Origin: Gnetum montanum
Lineage: Eukaryota > Plantae > Gnetophyta
Length of the DNA stretch: 64,000 bases
Reading direction: 5' to 3'
NCBI GenBank assembly: GCA_015680685.1
Contig: MNCI01002379.1
Location: forward strand, 1 to 64,000
Position 1 is the stretch's first letter, and every line of letters begins with the position of its first letter. The notes beneath the pieces were generated by a model. It saw nothing but the letters and a program-made list of their open reading frames with translations. It ran no database searches and was not told the origin of the DNA. Shown here in pieces: positions 1 to 14,399 of this stretch. The position numbers and the translations under genes were made by a program.

Positions 1-3000
1 TTTTGAATGGATGATTATGGTCATTTTTTGTAAGACCTTATTATCTATAGGCTAAGGTCCTTGCAAGGTAGGTGCCATCATGACTAGCTATGTAGCATTG
101 AATAAAGTTAGGAGACAACTACAAGTGGTAGTCTTCTATACTTTCTAGAAAGAAACCTTTTTTTATATTTTAGAAGGTTGGTTCTACACATCAATATCCT
201 TCTACTTCTACTTTTCTAATTGTGATTCATTGGTCCATTGACCATATGTAAGGATTCTTATCTAAGATTATGCAAAAGGATGAGTGGATGTCGAAGATGT
301 AGTGAATGAAGGATTATTTTATTATTTAATGTGGTATGAAAAAATATGAGAATAAGAATGATAGATAGGTTGAGTAATAGAAGTGGAATGATGAGAGTGA
401 GTACCATGAATATGATAGGAAGGTGAATAAGAATGATTTTTCTTTAATGATGTGATGACATAGTTAGACTAATGAATTACATAATTCTTTTGAGGTTATG
501 ATAATGACTATTGATGATGCTTGTAGTCATAATAACAAATGACATAAATCTTCCTAAGTAGGAAGTTACACATTTTGTACTTAGACTTGAAAGTTGAAAT
601 GGTGCCTTCAGCTCCGAAGAGGTTCTAAAATACTTCTAGTTGTTGATTATCCAAATGCATAGTGGATGGATTACTTTTCACTATTATCTTATCCTTATAT
701 ATGTAATCTTTTAAATTATTACTATTATCTATGTCATGTTTAGTAGTATCATGATAATAGCAATATATTTGATAGTCATATTACTTAGACAACGTATGAT
801 TACTTTCTTTCCTTAAGAAGGATCCAAAACTATACATTGGATGTAATGATAATGTGTTGTAGCTTAATTGAAAACTTACTTCCACTTAAGGTTACCATCC
901 CTAAGAAGGTTGTTCAAAAGTCGAGAATATCTCATGGATATCTTGGTGTACTAATCTCTACTTCGTTGAGATTAGTGTTACTAAGCAAAAGATGAGGCAG
1001 TAGAGGGAGCACTATTTTATTCCTTATAAAAAGAAGAAACACCTTGGAAAGTTAGTTATCCATATTTTGTAGCCTTGTTATATTTTTTACAAATTAATAG
1101 AATATCTTGGTTACAATATTGAATAGCAACATCTTTAATAGGTCTAGTAGCCAAGAAAGCATCATTTAGAGAATGAGGCTTAGGATAAGCCATCCTATTT
1201 TGAATGTAGTTAATTACAATAGCTTCGAAGATTTCTTGTAGGTGACATTCCTCCAAATAATATCATAGCTTAGTTAATGTCATTGTCCATCAAGAGATAA
1301 ATTCATCAATGCACTTATGTGAAGCTTGCTTAATGGTAAAAGGAGACCTGACACTTGTGTTTTGAGGTACATTGTACTTGAAGCATTCAATAAAAGATGC
1401 AAGAAGTTTCTCTAGAAAGGTAATATACCCATGTCCTAAGGATCTATACCATTATAAGGCTCTTCAAAAATATATTTAAGAAGCATATAAGAATAATGTA
1501 AGGATAAGGTGTTAAAAGCATGCATTGATTTTTGAATATGACTACATGATTCATGGGATTTTCTATTTCGTCATGGTATTTTATAAAATTCAATAGTGAA
1601 AAATCCTTAGATAGGATAGGAAAAGGAATAAAAAAGCTTATAATATCACTCAAAATCCAATTTAAGAAAATAGGAAAGTTTTCTTATATTTTCAATGCAT
1701 TTTCCACTTTATCTTTGGAATTTTAAAGATGAAGCATCATATCATGTTGGTAGTGTTAGTAGCTACATATTTGTTCTAGGAGAATAGATGATAGATTGAA
1801 TTGTAGTAGTAGGTGATGATGTTATGGAAGAATGCACATATGAAATTGTTTCAAAGGTTGTAAGAGTGGATATACCTAATAAAATTAAGTTAGGTAAATA
1901 TATAGCAAAAGAGGGTATGTTGGTAGGTTTGGGAATGCTCAAAAATTCTAGAGTAGTAGAAGTGGAGAGTGAAATAGATTGAAAATGTGGTATGCTAGGT
2001 TGTGATTAAGGAATAGAATATGTGGATTCAAAAGATGTAACAAAGTATTAAAAGATATAATGAGAATTACTAATGTTATTGGGCTGAAATAGATTATAAG
2101 GAGGAAAAAATCTAGTGGGAAGGCTAAGAGTTTTTATGTTAAAAGAAATAGATCCAAGTGAAGTATTTTGAGTAGCTATGATGTTGATGTTGTGGATATT
2201 ATGTGATAGAGGATTAATTTTACCAAGCTTTCCTATTAGCTATTTTTCATATTTTTCCATTGGGTGAACATCCAATTTAGAGGCTACACTTCCTCTTCTT
2301 CCTCTAAGGGTGATTTGAGGACTAAGAGGTTAATCCCAAATGATTTTCATTCTAGCTATTTGAATATGAAAATGTATCCTTTCTTGCAACTTTTTTTGCT
2401 CCAAGATAAAATCTATGATTTTTTTTTGCTTCATCATTCTCCAATTCAATTGGATGATCCAAATCAAAAAGGAAAGGGGGTAGATCATTAGATCACTCAT
2501 ACTCTACCATAAGCTTGAACATATCCAATGTAAGTAGGTAGCCTAGCTCTTATTTGAAATAGGAAATCTTGGAATCTCTTAAGCCAAGTTCTTTTGAGAA
2601 TTTCTAATTTATCCTTAGATCCATGATCTTCTAAATCTTGGAGAAACTTGAATTAGAAGATGATTCCATAGTTGTAATCAAAGAAGTAATAGTGACTTCA
2701 CATGGCTATTAACAGAGCTTTGATATTTCATATAAATATGTTCATACTTGAAATATAACATGAGATTTATATATTCAAAAGAAATATAAAAGTCATAGAG
2801 AATTGATGGGACATCAATATTTCAACATGATACATCACTGACACTTAGAGAAAAACTATAGAAACATAAATATAGAGGGAATTCTAAAATGACATTAATT
2901 TTATGGAGGTCCTCCTTTTCATGCCAAAAAGATGTTGTAGTAATGATCATTATAATATGAGATACAACAAAACCTAATGCAAAACTAAGCTAGATAATCT

Positions 3001-3400
3001 TGCAACCACCAAATGGTCTAAGAAAAATTAACTTTCTCAAATCAAAAGGGGACTTGCAGATCATTCAAAAAAGAAGATTTGAAAACCTAAAACAACATTT
3101 TTTACAAATGTTAGCAAATAAAAATTAAACAATAGCATGCATGGAATAGCTAGTAAAATAAGAACAAATAGGAAATGCATAAATAATGTGATACAAAGAA
3201 AACTAAAACATGGATGTGGCTGATAGGAAAACCAATGAAATAAGGCATAGAAAATAAATCCAATCTATTAAAGGCTAGATCTAGAAGGAAATGGTTCATA
3301 AAAGTTACATATAAGAATAGAAATAGGAAATTAAAATGCACAAATTAGAATTATATAGAAAGAGAATACTAAAATCTATTGTGAGGATCCTAGAAAATTG
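1..3400 (-). mobile_element. Degenerate Tat/Ogre-lineage Ty3/gypsy element (gag region, PBS and part of the 5' LTR; truncated by the window start)
   Basis: Minus-strand gag motifs: PFPILSKDFSLLNFIKYHDEIENPMNH (ORF 1444-1653), AYNWYRSL..F..LLASFIECFKYN (~1370-1470) and YCYYHDTTKHD (~715-770, Tat-type CxYH knuckle). PBS-like tggcatgaaaaggaggacc is on the minus strand at 2908-2926, next to TGTTG at 2933. The right boundary is approximate. Confidence 0.65.
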
Positions 3401-3999
3401 ATCAAGGATTAGAGATGTTAAATTAGGAATTATGTTATTTTTGGTGATCACTTTGAACCACTAGTATTGTCTTCTTCCCCACAATGAAAATAACAAGGAT
3501 GATAAGTTCTTTCAAACTTGAGTGTAGGTATTTACTAGTCTCTGAAAATACCAAGGCTTGGATACCTCCAAATAAACTTAGCTAGTATCAGAGAAATTTA
3601 TGTGTTTTGAGTCATTGTTAAAATATAAGTTCTAAATCTTACAAATGGTGTATATAGATTTAAATAGATAAAAGAACATTTATCAAAAGATTCATCCATA
3701 TTTACTTCATTTTGTGAGTGATTAAAATTTTTCCTCTATATCAAAGCTATTTAGTCTATGTAGACTAAATTAGTATGTTTCCTGTACAAACTAGACTTTC
3801 ATCTAATTCTTAAGTGTAATTCCACAAAATCTATCACCAATCTTCCTTAGATAGGAAATTCCATAAGAAAATTAGAAGCAAAGCAAGATTCAATGGATTT
3901 TGAAAAATAAAATAGTAGAACCATTTAAACTCCTAAACATTGCAATGAGGTCATATTGATATGAGAGAACACTTTGAAAAGTAAAGCTATTTCAAATAA

Positions 4000-4600
4000 G
4001 TTAATAATATCAAAAATCTATTAAATCCTTCAGATCATACAAGAAATTTGAAATAAGGCTACTATCAACATGAACAAATGCTTTGAAAAGAAAACTACAA
4101 TTGTTTCAAAGCTAGTTGTTAAATGCCAATAATTGGTAAAAACATAATTATTCAAGTAATCTAAAAATTTCAAACATGAGATGCTAGGCACAATACAATC
4201 TTTACCACTAGCTAAACAACTAAGATAAAGTATGGAAATAAGATTTAACTCACAGGATTTACTAAATTGTATCTGAAGTCATAGAGCCATTGTATAGGAA
4301 ATCACTCGTAAATTTTCTAATATTCTTCCCATATCATTATGTCCTTTTCCCATACATCTTGAACAAATTTTCTATAAGCTTTATATAGTAGCCTTCAATA
4401 GTTACAACCATTTTTCAAATTAAAAGCTATAGTTACCTCATGTTTATTTTACATCACTATGATACTTGGGATAACTATTTTATAAATTAAAGGTCCCTTA
4501 GCTAGTAACTATTATGATTTAAGAGAGCTTTTATCAGCTTGATCAATTATATTTATTTTATATTCATTAAGCTCAATCATGACTTCTTTGGTGCTTATTG
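4000..4600 (-). pseudogene. Possible L1 LINE ORF2 fragment (endonuclease-RT linker)
   Basis: The minus strand reads F*FEKWL...YRKFVQDVW (~4340-4430), resembling the FRFE.xW...F...V...W linker of plant L1 ORF2. Very decayed. Confidence 0.3.
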
Positions 4601-5053
4601 ATCTTCATAATCATAGTTTGTTAGTTTCTCAATCTCTTAATAACCATTTATTATATTTTTTCTTTCTTAAATTTGAAACTCTTATACTAATAACTATCAC
4701 AAGTTAAAATATCTTTAATCAATTGGATTCATTGTATCATAGCTTAGATCTATTAAGCTTCTCTAGTTCTCTTTCTCCCATAATTGATTTATTTATGGAA
4801 TTTCACTTTTTTTGTTAATGTAGCTCCCACGCTAGTATGAATCTAAGCTTTCTCTCAATCACTTTAGCTGAAATCCCAATAACTATTATTAGTAGATTCT
4901 GTTTGTACTGGCTCATAATGGCTTTCTTTTAGCTCTTCAATTCCCACTCTCATTATTTTATAGCCTATTTTCCTCTTGATGTCTCCATGCTTTAATGGAA
5001 GATTCTTGTTTTGTTGTTTGATCTAAGCTTTGAATTCTTGCATTATTTGTAGC

Positions 5054-6660
5054 TATGGATTAAGAACATAGAAGGGGGTTGAATAATTTCCCTAGTTGAA
5101 ATACCCATGTCACACAAAAACACCAAATTTTATGTGGTTCCCTAACTTGGGTACGTCCACACTTGGAGGGTAGAATCAATGCACACCTCTGGGATCTATC
5201 TTTTAAAAAATGTGGTTTGAAGGATACCACACACTATACAAGCTATAAGCTTGTCATTGGATTGTTTTGTTGCTATGAAACCACTAAATCCTACAAGGTC
5301 CCAATAAGCTTACAATGTGATTTTAAGGATTCCAAAACCTTTATAAAATTGATCTCTTCTCTAGAGTGTTTTGATGCTAAAACATTTCTCAACCCCACAA
5401 GGTCCTAAAAAGCTTAAAATATGGCTTTAATAATTCCATAACCTTTACAAAATTAATCTTTGCTCTAGACTATTTTGGCATTGCAAAATCACTCAATCCC
5501 ATAAGGTCCTAACAATCTCAATGTGAATCCTTCTCACAAAAAGTACATCAAACCCACAATTTCCAAACAAGCTCAAAGTGGATGCCTTTTCACATGAAGC
5601 ACATCAATTCTACATGGATATAAGAAGAAAAAAAGAAAGAATGTAACTAAATTTACAAGTCCTTGCCATTAAAGCTCAATAAAATGTACAACCAAGCAAA
5701 TGATGTTACAATGAAGAGCAAGAATAAAATAACATAGATAAAATAATGATTGTTCAAATGTGAATAACACTTCCATAATTTCCAAGATTTTCGTATCTTC
5801 TTATAGCCTTGGAGTTTTCAAAAACTCCTCAAAATTCATGCAACATCTACCAAATGGCAAGTGTATATGTCTCCTTCAAAGTTGGGACATCTGCCTTAGA
5901 TTAACCTCAATTCAAGAGAGATGTGTCACTAGAAAATGGAACATCTTTTATGTGATGTTCCTAGGGAGACATCTACTCTAAGATAGAGACATCAACTATT
6001 TCTAGGAGATATCTCCTCATCTTTTGAGCTCTATTTTTAATCGCTTTATCCCATCAATTTTTCTTCTTGATAGTCCTTGGAGCATCTTCCTTTGATTTGT
6101 AGCCTTTCATTTTGTTCATGCTCATCCTTGCTCTCATCTTGGTTCATAAAGTCTTCACTTTGTCATCTCGTTGTAAATCTTCTTTCTCTTCAGTCCTTAG
6201 TTCTAATGTGAATTTCTTATTCATGTCCTTCAAACACATCATCCACAAAAAATATTCTATGTTCTCCATCTTCCTTAAGGTCAACAACATAAAATTTTTT
6301 GGTGATGTCCAAAACTTTAGAAAATGGGTGAGTAGATCCTGAAATCAATTGAGCTAAAGCTTATGCATCCTTAATACAATACACAACTCATTAGTCCTAT
6401 AGAAACTTGTGAATTTTTGAATGAGGACATTTATGACCAAAAACCTAGAAACAAGAGCATTAGTAACATCATAATATTAGAACTCTAAACTTAGAAAGAT
6501 AGTCATTAATACCATCATAAGGTCATATATGTTCAAATATATTCCTCAAGTATCTTCATAAAGTTATTATCGTTTACTATAAATTTTTCTCAACATACTT
6601 TGATAACAATCATATATGATATCTAAGATAAGATCACCATATTTATGGATTAATACATTA
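5054..6660 (-). repeat. 3' LTR of the copia element
   Basis: Begins with the segment repeated at 9535 and ends next to the PPT-like tract. The inner boundary is approximate. Confidence 0.55.
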
Positions 6661-8529
6661 AATTCTTCCCATTTTAAACATCATCAAAAAGTAGTGGAGC
6701 CTTACAAATAGCAAAGAAATTAAAAGATGGTTGCACATTCTTCATCCAAGTAAAAACTCATAAGAAATTTCTCAATACATATTCATACATAATACTTTTC
6801 ATATGAAGGAAAATAAGTACATATATACCCAACTTATAAAAGATAGATCAAATTTCAAAACTAAATCAAAAGAAAAAGAAATTTTTAAGATGTTCATATT
6901 GATCACATGTATCTTATGGAAGCTTAAGGTATATTATCCATTCATTTTCAAAACTTCTTAAGATGCTTTCATAATTTCAAAATAGAAGTATGAGTACTTA
7001 ATCATGCTTTAGTATGAATTTTTTAACAATAGGATACTTAAGTACTCAAATATATATTCATAATATGTCAATNAGAAGTTTTAAGTATTGAATCAAAAAA
7101 ATTTTCCTCTTTTACCTTCAATTTGTATGAGATGAATATACCTTTTGTTGCCTTCTTAAGAATTATGTCTTGAAGAAGATCTTCATAAACTTCTCAAGTA
7201 TTAATGCTTTATAATAATTCATAAGATCCTAGCTTCCCCTACATATGTGCTTATCTTTCTTTAACATTTTCAAAACCTAAATCTAACTCGTAATCTTTCT
7301 TATTCAAGAATATTGAATAATAAATTAGGATTTATATAAATACAAAAATTAATAGGAACAAAACATAACAAATTTGTCTTTCTTGATCATCCAACTATGC
7401 CTTTCTTTATCATTTTCCTATAAAACATGGTCCAAGTTCTCATGTTAGTAGCATCTTATGGTAAATGTGGATGTAATACTATTCTTGATTCTTAAAATAA
7501 TCTATTATTAAAATAAGAAAAAAAAAACATTTTAAGGACATGTAAGAAAGTAAGTAGTTCAAGAGAGACAACCTTACTACTTTGACATCTTTTTCTATAA
7601 ATTAAGATATATGTTTCCTTTGGTAAAAAAGAATTCATAAAATATTTAAAAAGTAACCCAAATTTTTACAAGAAAGTAATGAAATAGAAATTTACCATGA
7701 CTTACATTAATTTCTTACTGATGATGTGAGAAAGACTAATGAAGCTTGAGATGAGTTCCTCTATCATGGACTATCTCCTTACCCTTTGATTTTTCTTTCA
7801 TTAGTTCCTTTACTTATGTCTTCAATGTTATATCAATCCTTCTTATTCATGTTCTTTAGCATAGGATAATATATGGTCATTTAGTGTATCATCCATTATT
7901 CTAAATATTTTTTCATCTTTTAGCCCATTCTCTTTCGAAGTTGTTGCATTGTACAAGATACAATTACTAGGTTCCTTTTGACAAGACCAAGCTTGAATGT
8001 TGTTTTTTCCAATATGAGGATAATAACAATATTTTTTATATACATAATTTTTACAAAGATATCAAGTGTTTGTTTCATGAATAGAGTTGTCAAAAATAAT
8101 TACACTTGAGCTAGTGCTAGTATCCTTTTGTGGGATTTCTTCCAAGCTTTCACTTCTAGGTGGATTTTCATTATTTTCATGGACCCCTTCTTCTTGATTA
8201 TCCTTACATTTCTCTTCATCTAATAGGTTAGTAGTTGAATCTCAACGTTTATGTCTAAAATTTCCCCTTTTAATGTGGAAGATAAAGTATGAATTTTAGA
8301 AAATTTTCTATTCATATTTTTCTTTGCCTTTTTGAGTAAATAATGTAGGATATGAATTTCTCCACATAATTCACTATACCTTTCATCATAGTTATCTCTT
8401 GGTTTATTAGAAATTTATGATGAATCTTCATTTGTAAGGGCCATACATATGAGCTGAGAATCTTTCATGGATTCATCAACCTCTTCTTCCTTTGCTCTTC
8501 ATCATCCTAGATTGTGTAAAAGTTTGTCT

Positions 8530-9480
8530 TTTTCATATCCACGCCAATCTTACCCTTTCATTATAACTTGACATTGCTAGGTCAATCGGAGGCCACATGG
8601 CCTCTTCCACCACATACCTAACATTCTATTAAAAAATATTATAATTTGAATTTGAAAAGTTCTTTCCTATATCCTTGCCTTTGGAGTTGGATTGGTTGGG
8701 TCCTAATTGATTAAGGCTTCTTCCTTTTCTTGTTAGAAGCCTTTGAACTCTTCTTGATAGAAGAGCTATTTCTTCTTCACTTTTCAAATCTTGTTCATTT
8801 AGTTCTTTTTTTTAATGCTAATTTTAAGGAAATGGACGTTTTTTATTATCCCTTTTCTTATCAAAATCATTTCATAAGCAATGAGAACTCTTTGAAGTTC
8901 TTGAAATTTTAAGACCAAAAAATTTGTAATTTCTTCCTTAGTTATAACCTTAGGTATAAACTCAAGTTGTAGTGTTCTAATCATTTTAATAATTACATTA
9001 GTTTTAAGAAAGTTCTTGAATGTACCCCTAATTACTACAACTAGATCATTTGCCCTAGAAAAATAATATTTTATCTTTTCTCTTTCTCTCATTTTAAGTT
9101 TATGATACTCACTTTGAAAAACTAAGAGTTTGAATTGTTTAACTATGGATGTGCCCTTAGATTTAGATTCTACGGTTTCCCAAATTTCTTTCATGGTTAT
9201 CCATCCAACTACTCTATTACATTCAAATTTATTTAATGCATAATATAAAAAATTTGTTGCTTTAGAATTGTACATGAACTTATTTTTTTCTTTTGGTGTC
9301 CACTTGCTTTATGGCTTGAAGGCCTTTGATGCACTATTGATAAGCAATGTGTAACATTTTAGGATGGACTTTCATACCTAAAATTTCATTTTCTTGAAGA
9401 AGCCTTACATCCATGCTTCCAATATGCAAGCCTAAATTCTTCAAACATCAGTGGTTTTGTGTAGTATGTTCCCTTCATAG
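8530..9480 (-). pseudogene. gag: Copia gag (Retrotran_gag_2/UBN2-like), disrupted
   Basis: ORF 8799-9275 NSKATNFLYYAL..E.NRV....KEIWETVE...KGTSIVKQ.KL......KM...E.I..YFSR matches the copia gag pattern. An upstream KPLMF-like motif is at ~9450. Confidence 0.8.
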
Positions 9481-9679
9481 TTCACTCTTTCAAATTTGAA
9501 GTGGAATGTAATAGTACCAAGCTTCAATACCACTTGTGGATTGAAAAATTAGAAGGGGGATTGAATAATTTCCTCAATTGAAGTTATACCTATCACATGA
9601 AAACACTAGATTCAACATGGTTTCCCAACTTGGGTACATCCACACTCAGAGGGTAAAATCCATGCATACCTCTAGACTC

Positions 9680-11010
9680 TAACATGGAACTACACTCAAG
9701 GATTCTCCTAACATGGTAGATGAGTTTTTCCACTTCTCATGAGCTTATAAATTTTAATCTAAATGCTAACATGTCAAATGCTAATGTGGCATAGTTGATG
9801 TGGTAGAGCTCATCTATAAAATGGAAATTAGATTCTATGAATTGGCTCTATATCAAATGCTAACATGTCATCTACTCCCATGGTAGTGTGTACTGAGCTC
9901 AACTAACATGATAAAAGTTCTTCATGAAATCACTTTTCATCTCTACATAGTTTATCTACAAGCTAATGAGGCTTAATGGAGTTAAAGCTTGTTTGTAGAG
10001 TTCAGCTTTAAAAGGCCTAACATGTTAGGGTAGATTTGTGAATCTGATGTGGCTTATAAGGTATTTTCATAGAACTATTTTTGTACTACAAACATAAGCT
10101 AGCTTAGTAAGGGTCATGTGGTGTCACTTCCTTCGTAGAACTAGATTAAGCTCTACAAATGTTTTTCTATGTTAACATGACAAAGATAAAAGGTAAACAT
10201 GTTTGTTGAACCAAATGTTGGTTCTACAAATTGGGTCTTCAAGTTGATGTGATGCAAAGCTGATGTGGTAGAGCTTCTTCATAAAAATAAATACTAGCTC
10301 TACAAACTAGCTCCATGAGCTGACTTAGTAAAAATAAAGATGAGCTTAGCTTGAAGAGTTAAAATTTTCTCCTTTAGGTAGCATTTTCATAATTTGAAAT
10401 GATAGGGTCAGCTCATCAGTCCTGATGTGATAGAACCATTATGAGCTTCTTTGTTAAATGGAATTTTCATGTTATGAAATGGCTCTACAAACCAACTCTA
10501 CATGCTAATGTGGCATGATGCACTAAACTCTATTAACATGGTAAATGATGATTTCATACTGCTAATGTGGCAAGGTATGCTAATAGAATGAAAATTTGGT
10601 TCTATGAACTAGTTCTATGAGTGAGCTAAGTTGACAAAAGATGACATGGCTTATAGAGCTTCTTTTTAGAATCAATTTCAAACTTCTACATGTATATCTT
10701 AACTTGGGAGCCCATGTGAAAGAGCTACGTTGTTGAACTATTGTTTGTTCTATGAGCTTCTTTCAATGAATTGATGTCATGAAGAAGCTAATTAGTGAGG
10801 AAAAATTTTAACTCTATGTACATCACTTATTCTTTGTAAAGCTGACATTGAAGAGCTAATTTTGTGTCCTTCCCTACTGATGTGACAAGGTTTGCATAAA
10901 AAGTGAAACATTGGCTCTATGAATTTCATCCTTGAGTTGACAAAGCACATAGTTGAGGTGGTAGAACTCCTTTGTAGAACTTCTCTTTAACCTCAAAAAT
11001 CAATTTTACG
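9680..11010. repeat. Degenerate motif array (GCTGACGTGGCA-derived plus GCTCTACAAA units)
   Basis: Many variants such as gctaatgtggca, gctgatgtggta, gttgatgtggta and gctaacatg, interspersed with gctctacaaa/gttctatga. Confidence 0.6.
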
Positions 11011-14000
11011 AGCTTGCAAATGATAGATCACTACCATTTAATCATTCCTATGGCCTTGATTTAATGGGGGAAATTGGTTTTATCCCATTTGTAAGGTATG
11101 ATAATTAATATTTCTTCTATGTTAATCTTTGTATCATAGAGTCACGAGTGATAAATATGACTAAACTGATGAAAGTACCATGTTCCCAACTCTAAATTGC
11201 AAAAAAATACATATGTTCTCCTTTTGAAATGAGATTATTATAAACTAGCTAAATAGCAAAATAAGCCAAATGACTTTTATGCCATTTGGAATATTATAAA
11301 GTAGGCTCTTTGCCATTTGAATTTCAGGTCATATAGTCATGGGTTTTATTTCATATGGTGCTTGAATCGAGACAAACTTGATTTCTCTCATTTGACAAGT
11401 GGATGACTGAAATTTATTCCATTTCAAAGTTTGTGTTGAATTTACCCATGTGGCTACTTTTTGTGTGAACTAGAATATCTTAGGCCTATCCTAATTTGAA
11501 AATGATAAATATGGTATTTTTTCCATTTGATTCTCATGCACTTATTAAACATCATGTGATCCACACTGGTTTTGAATGTGAAATGGAAAAAAGTATGTTC
11601 CCTAACATATAAGCTAAGATAACTTGGCTTTGGTGAATGACATCATCATAACACCAATCCAATCCCAAGCTTCTTCAATAGCTAACTTGAATTTTTTACA
11701 TGATGTTAGGGTAAATTCAAACCCTATCTCTAAAATTTCATATTCTTATATGATTAATACAAAGTGAGATATTCTCTAAATTATTTACTTACCTTTGAAT
11801 CTTTAACTTCATGAACTAGCTCTAGTTTGGGTTCTATTTTGTGCAACAAATCTTAACTCAACTCCATTCCCAAATAGTTTCTACCCTAATATGCATTTTT
11901 TCAATCCATGGATTTGTACTTTATTTTTAAGCTTAATTTCCATAGCTTCACTCATACTATAGCTCTTACCAAAAACTTAGCTTTAAATCTTTGAGGATCA
12001 AGAATCATAATTAGCACTTGAGTTTTTATTTCCTTAATTAAGAAACTTGACTTATTATGAGATACAAATTCCCTTTTCTTGGGTAAATATAGAGCCATGT
12101 TAAAAGTAAAAGCAATTTATAATTCATATCCTATAGCTTAACTATCTTAAGTACTACTTCATGAAATGGATGAAATGTGGTAATAGTTATCCTATTCTCT
12201 CTCTCTAATGTGTGTGTCTGATGTAGATCTAACAAGAATCATTATAGATGTTGGAGCTAATAAGAAAATATTGGATTAGATCAATGTGTTGTCCTAATTT
12301 CTAAATGATTCTCCATGTGTCAAGAGGAAAACATGAAGGAGACACAAATGTATAAGTAAGAAAAAGAGAGAATTAGAAAAGAGCTAATATCTCTGGTAAG
12401 AGAATAGCTATTTTGTAGATATGAAAAATCTTTGGAAAGATTTTCAAATTGTCAAAGTTATAACTAAAAAACATTACACTTAACATTTGAGATAGTTGGA
12501 AAGAAGCTAATTAGATGTTGATCATATGAATTGTCTAAATCCATTTTTGTTTAGGAGTATTATCCTATTTATAAGCTATGAATGTCTTGCAGATCATGAA
12601 AAAATGATACATTAGGATCCATAGAATCTTTTAGAATATTTTTGATAGGAGAATTGATGTTCAGATAGTTGATGTCAAGAAAATAACATCAAACATTAAG
12701 CAAAATTGATGTAGAATGTCAAGTGATAAAATGATACTACACATTGAAAAGTTGTTTTTCCAAAACATTGAATTTAGGATCAACAAAGCATTTGACCCAA
12801 AATATCAAAACTAAAGATAGTAGATGAACAACCATAATTGATGTTGTAGATAATGTGAGATGTCACTTCTAACAAAAGCTAAAGATTAAGACCATAAACC
12901 ACATTGCATATGATCTAGAACATCGAATCTAGAGTACTAAAGATGGATTTAAGCTAAGAAGCCAAAGGATATACTTGAAAATTTGACTTAAGTAGAAAAA
13001 AACCAAAGTACAATACACAAAAAAAAATTTCTACATCTAGATTATCAACACTAACACTAGCATCATTGTTAGCACCAACTTTACCACCTTGGTTCTAGCC
13101 ATAATACTTGTACATGTAAAAACCAACATTTTAAAATCAATTTTTGTCTTACATGCTCTCTAATGATCAATCAACATCATTTTTAAGGTATGAAATGATA
13201 AATTTAGTAGGGTCAATGTTAGTTTAGAAGATTAGGTTTTAATTTAAGGCTAAGTGACACTAACTCTAGTAGCATCAACACCAAACAAGAACTCTAACTT
13301 TAGCATTTGAAATTATTGTCCAAGTCCACAAATTCCTTAGCATCTGATAATCATCATCATGGTATAATTTAGCATCATTTTGGACATTGGGGTAGGTCTC
13401 TAGGTTTTGGTAAGGTAGCAACGAGGATGCTAAAAAATTCTAACTTTCAATTAATGTTGATGTTGATAATAGCATTAGTACTTGCATTACCTAATCTTTT
13501 ACATTTCAAGTTTTCTTAAAAATATTTTAGTTAACTACACTTAACTTCAAGGTCAAATCTAGAAACCCTTGGCCTATAAATATTAGATCAAAAGTCAAAT
13601 TTGGTTCCAATTTCTTAAGATCTAGACTACATTCTTGGGCTTTAAGATATCAAGAGCCTAAGTGTATCTATGTTTCTAGTATCTACTTTATGTTCCATGG
13701 CTAGAATGACTCCTCTTGGCACTTTGAAATCTCAATCCAATGTCTATGTCCCAACAACTCATTTTCTCTCTTTGATTTTAATGTTAGCATCACTTTGATA
13801 GTTCTAAAGTCATTTGCTTTAAAGTTAAAATTTTTTAGCTTTAGTGGCACTTGCTAGATAGTTCATCAAAATAACCCTCTCATGATTACAAATTAATCAT
13901 AGATAGTACCTACAACTTTATCATTCATGCCTACACCTACAAAATATTATCATTTCATCATCAAAAATCTTATTTTTCTCAAAAAATAAGCCCTTATTAT

Positions 14001-14399
14001 CAATTTTATCTTTCATATAATTCATCTCTACTTATAGTTTTGGCCCTCCAGATGAGATAAATTACAATTTTTTTATTAATAAAGCATGTTAATTATTAAG
14101 AAGGAAATGAGAAAATCCTTTCCTCCATATTAATCATCTTATTTATCATTTGTATTTTATTTGAAACACCACAGAGAAAATTCATGTTGCAAACCATAAC
14201 AAAAATTCATTGTAATTTTGTGTAAAAATAATGTTAGATGAAATTGCCTTACTTTTTCCTAACAATTTGGCATTGTAACCTTCATCATTTGACTATGAAG
14301 TAGAATTCTCATTGTGAAATCTGAAATTTATAGTTTATGAACTGCAATCTCACACACCTTAACTTATAGAGGCTAACAAATTCTTCATAAGTGATGAAT

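Larger units (their letters stand above)
5054..9680 (-). mobile_element. Ty1/copia element, Sirevirus/Maximus-like, non-autonomous remnant
   Basis: The LTR segment at 5054-~5190 recurs at 9535-~9675 (t[a/g]tggatt..agaagggg..ttgaataatttcc...ttgggtac[g/a]tccacac). Met-type PBS (minus strand tggtattgaagctt) at 9519-9532. PPT-like ttcttcccatttt..catcatcaaaa at ~6663-6690. Copia gag lies between them. Confidence 0.75.

Noticed and set aside
12219-13950. Possible solo LTR (tgatgtagatc start, ctataaata at ~13574, gcatc/gatg motifs)
   Set aside because: No second copy, PBS, PPT or TSD could be confirmed.
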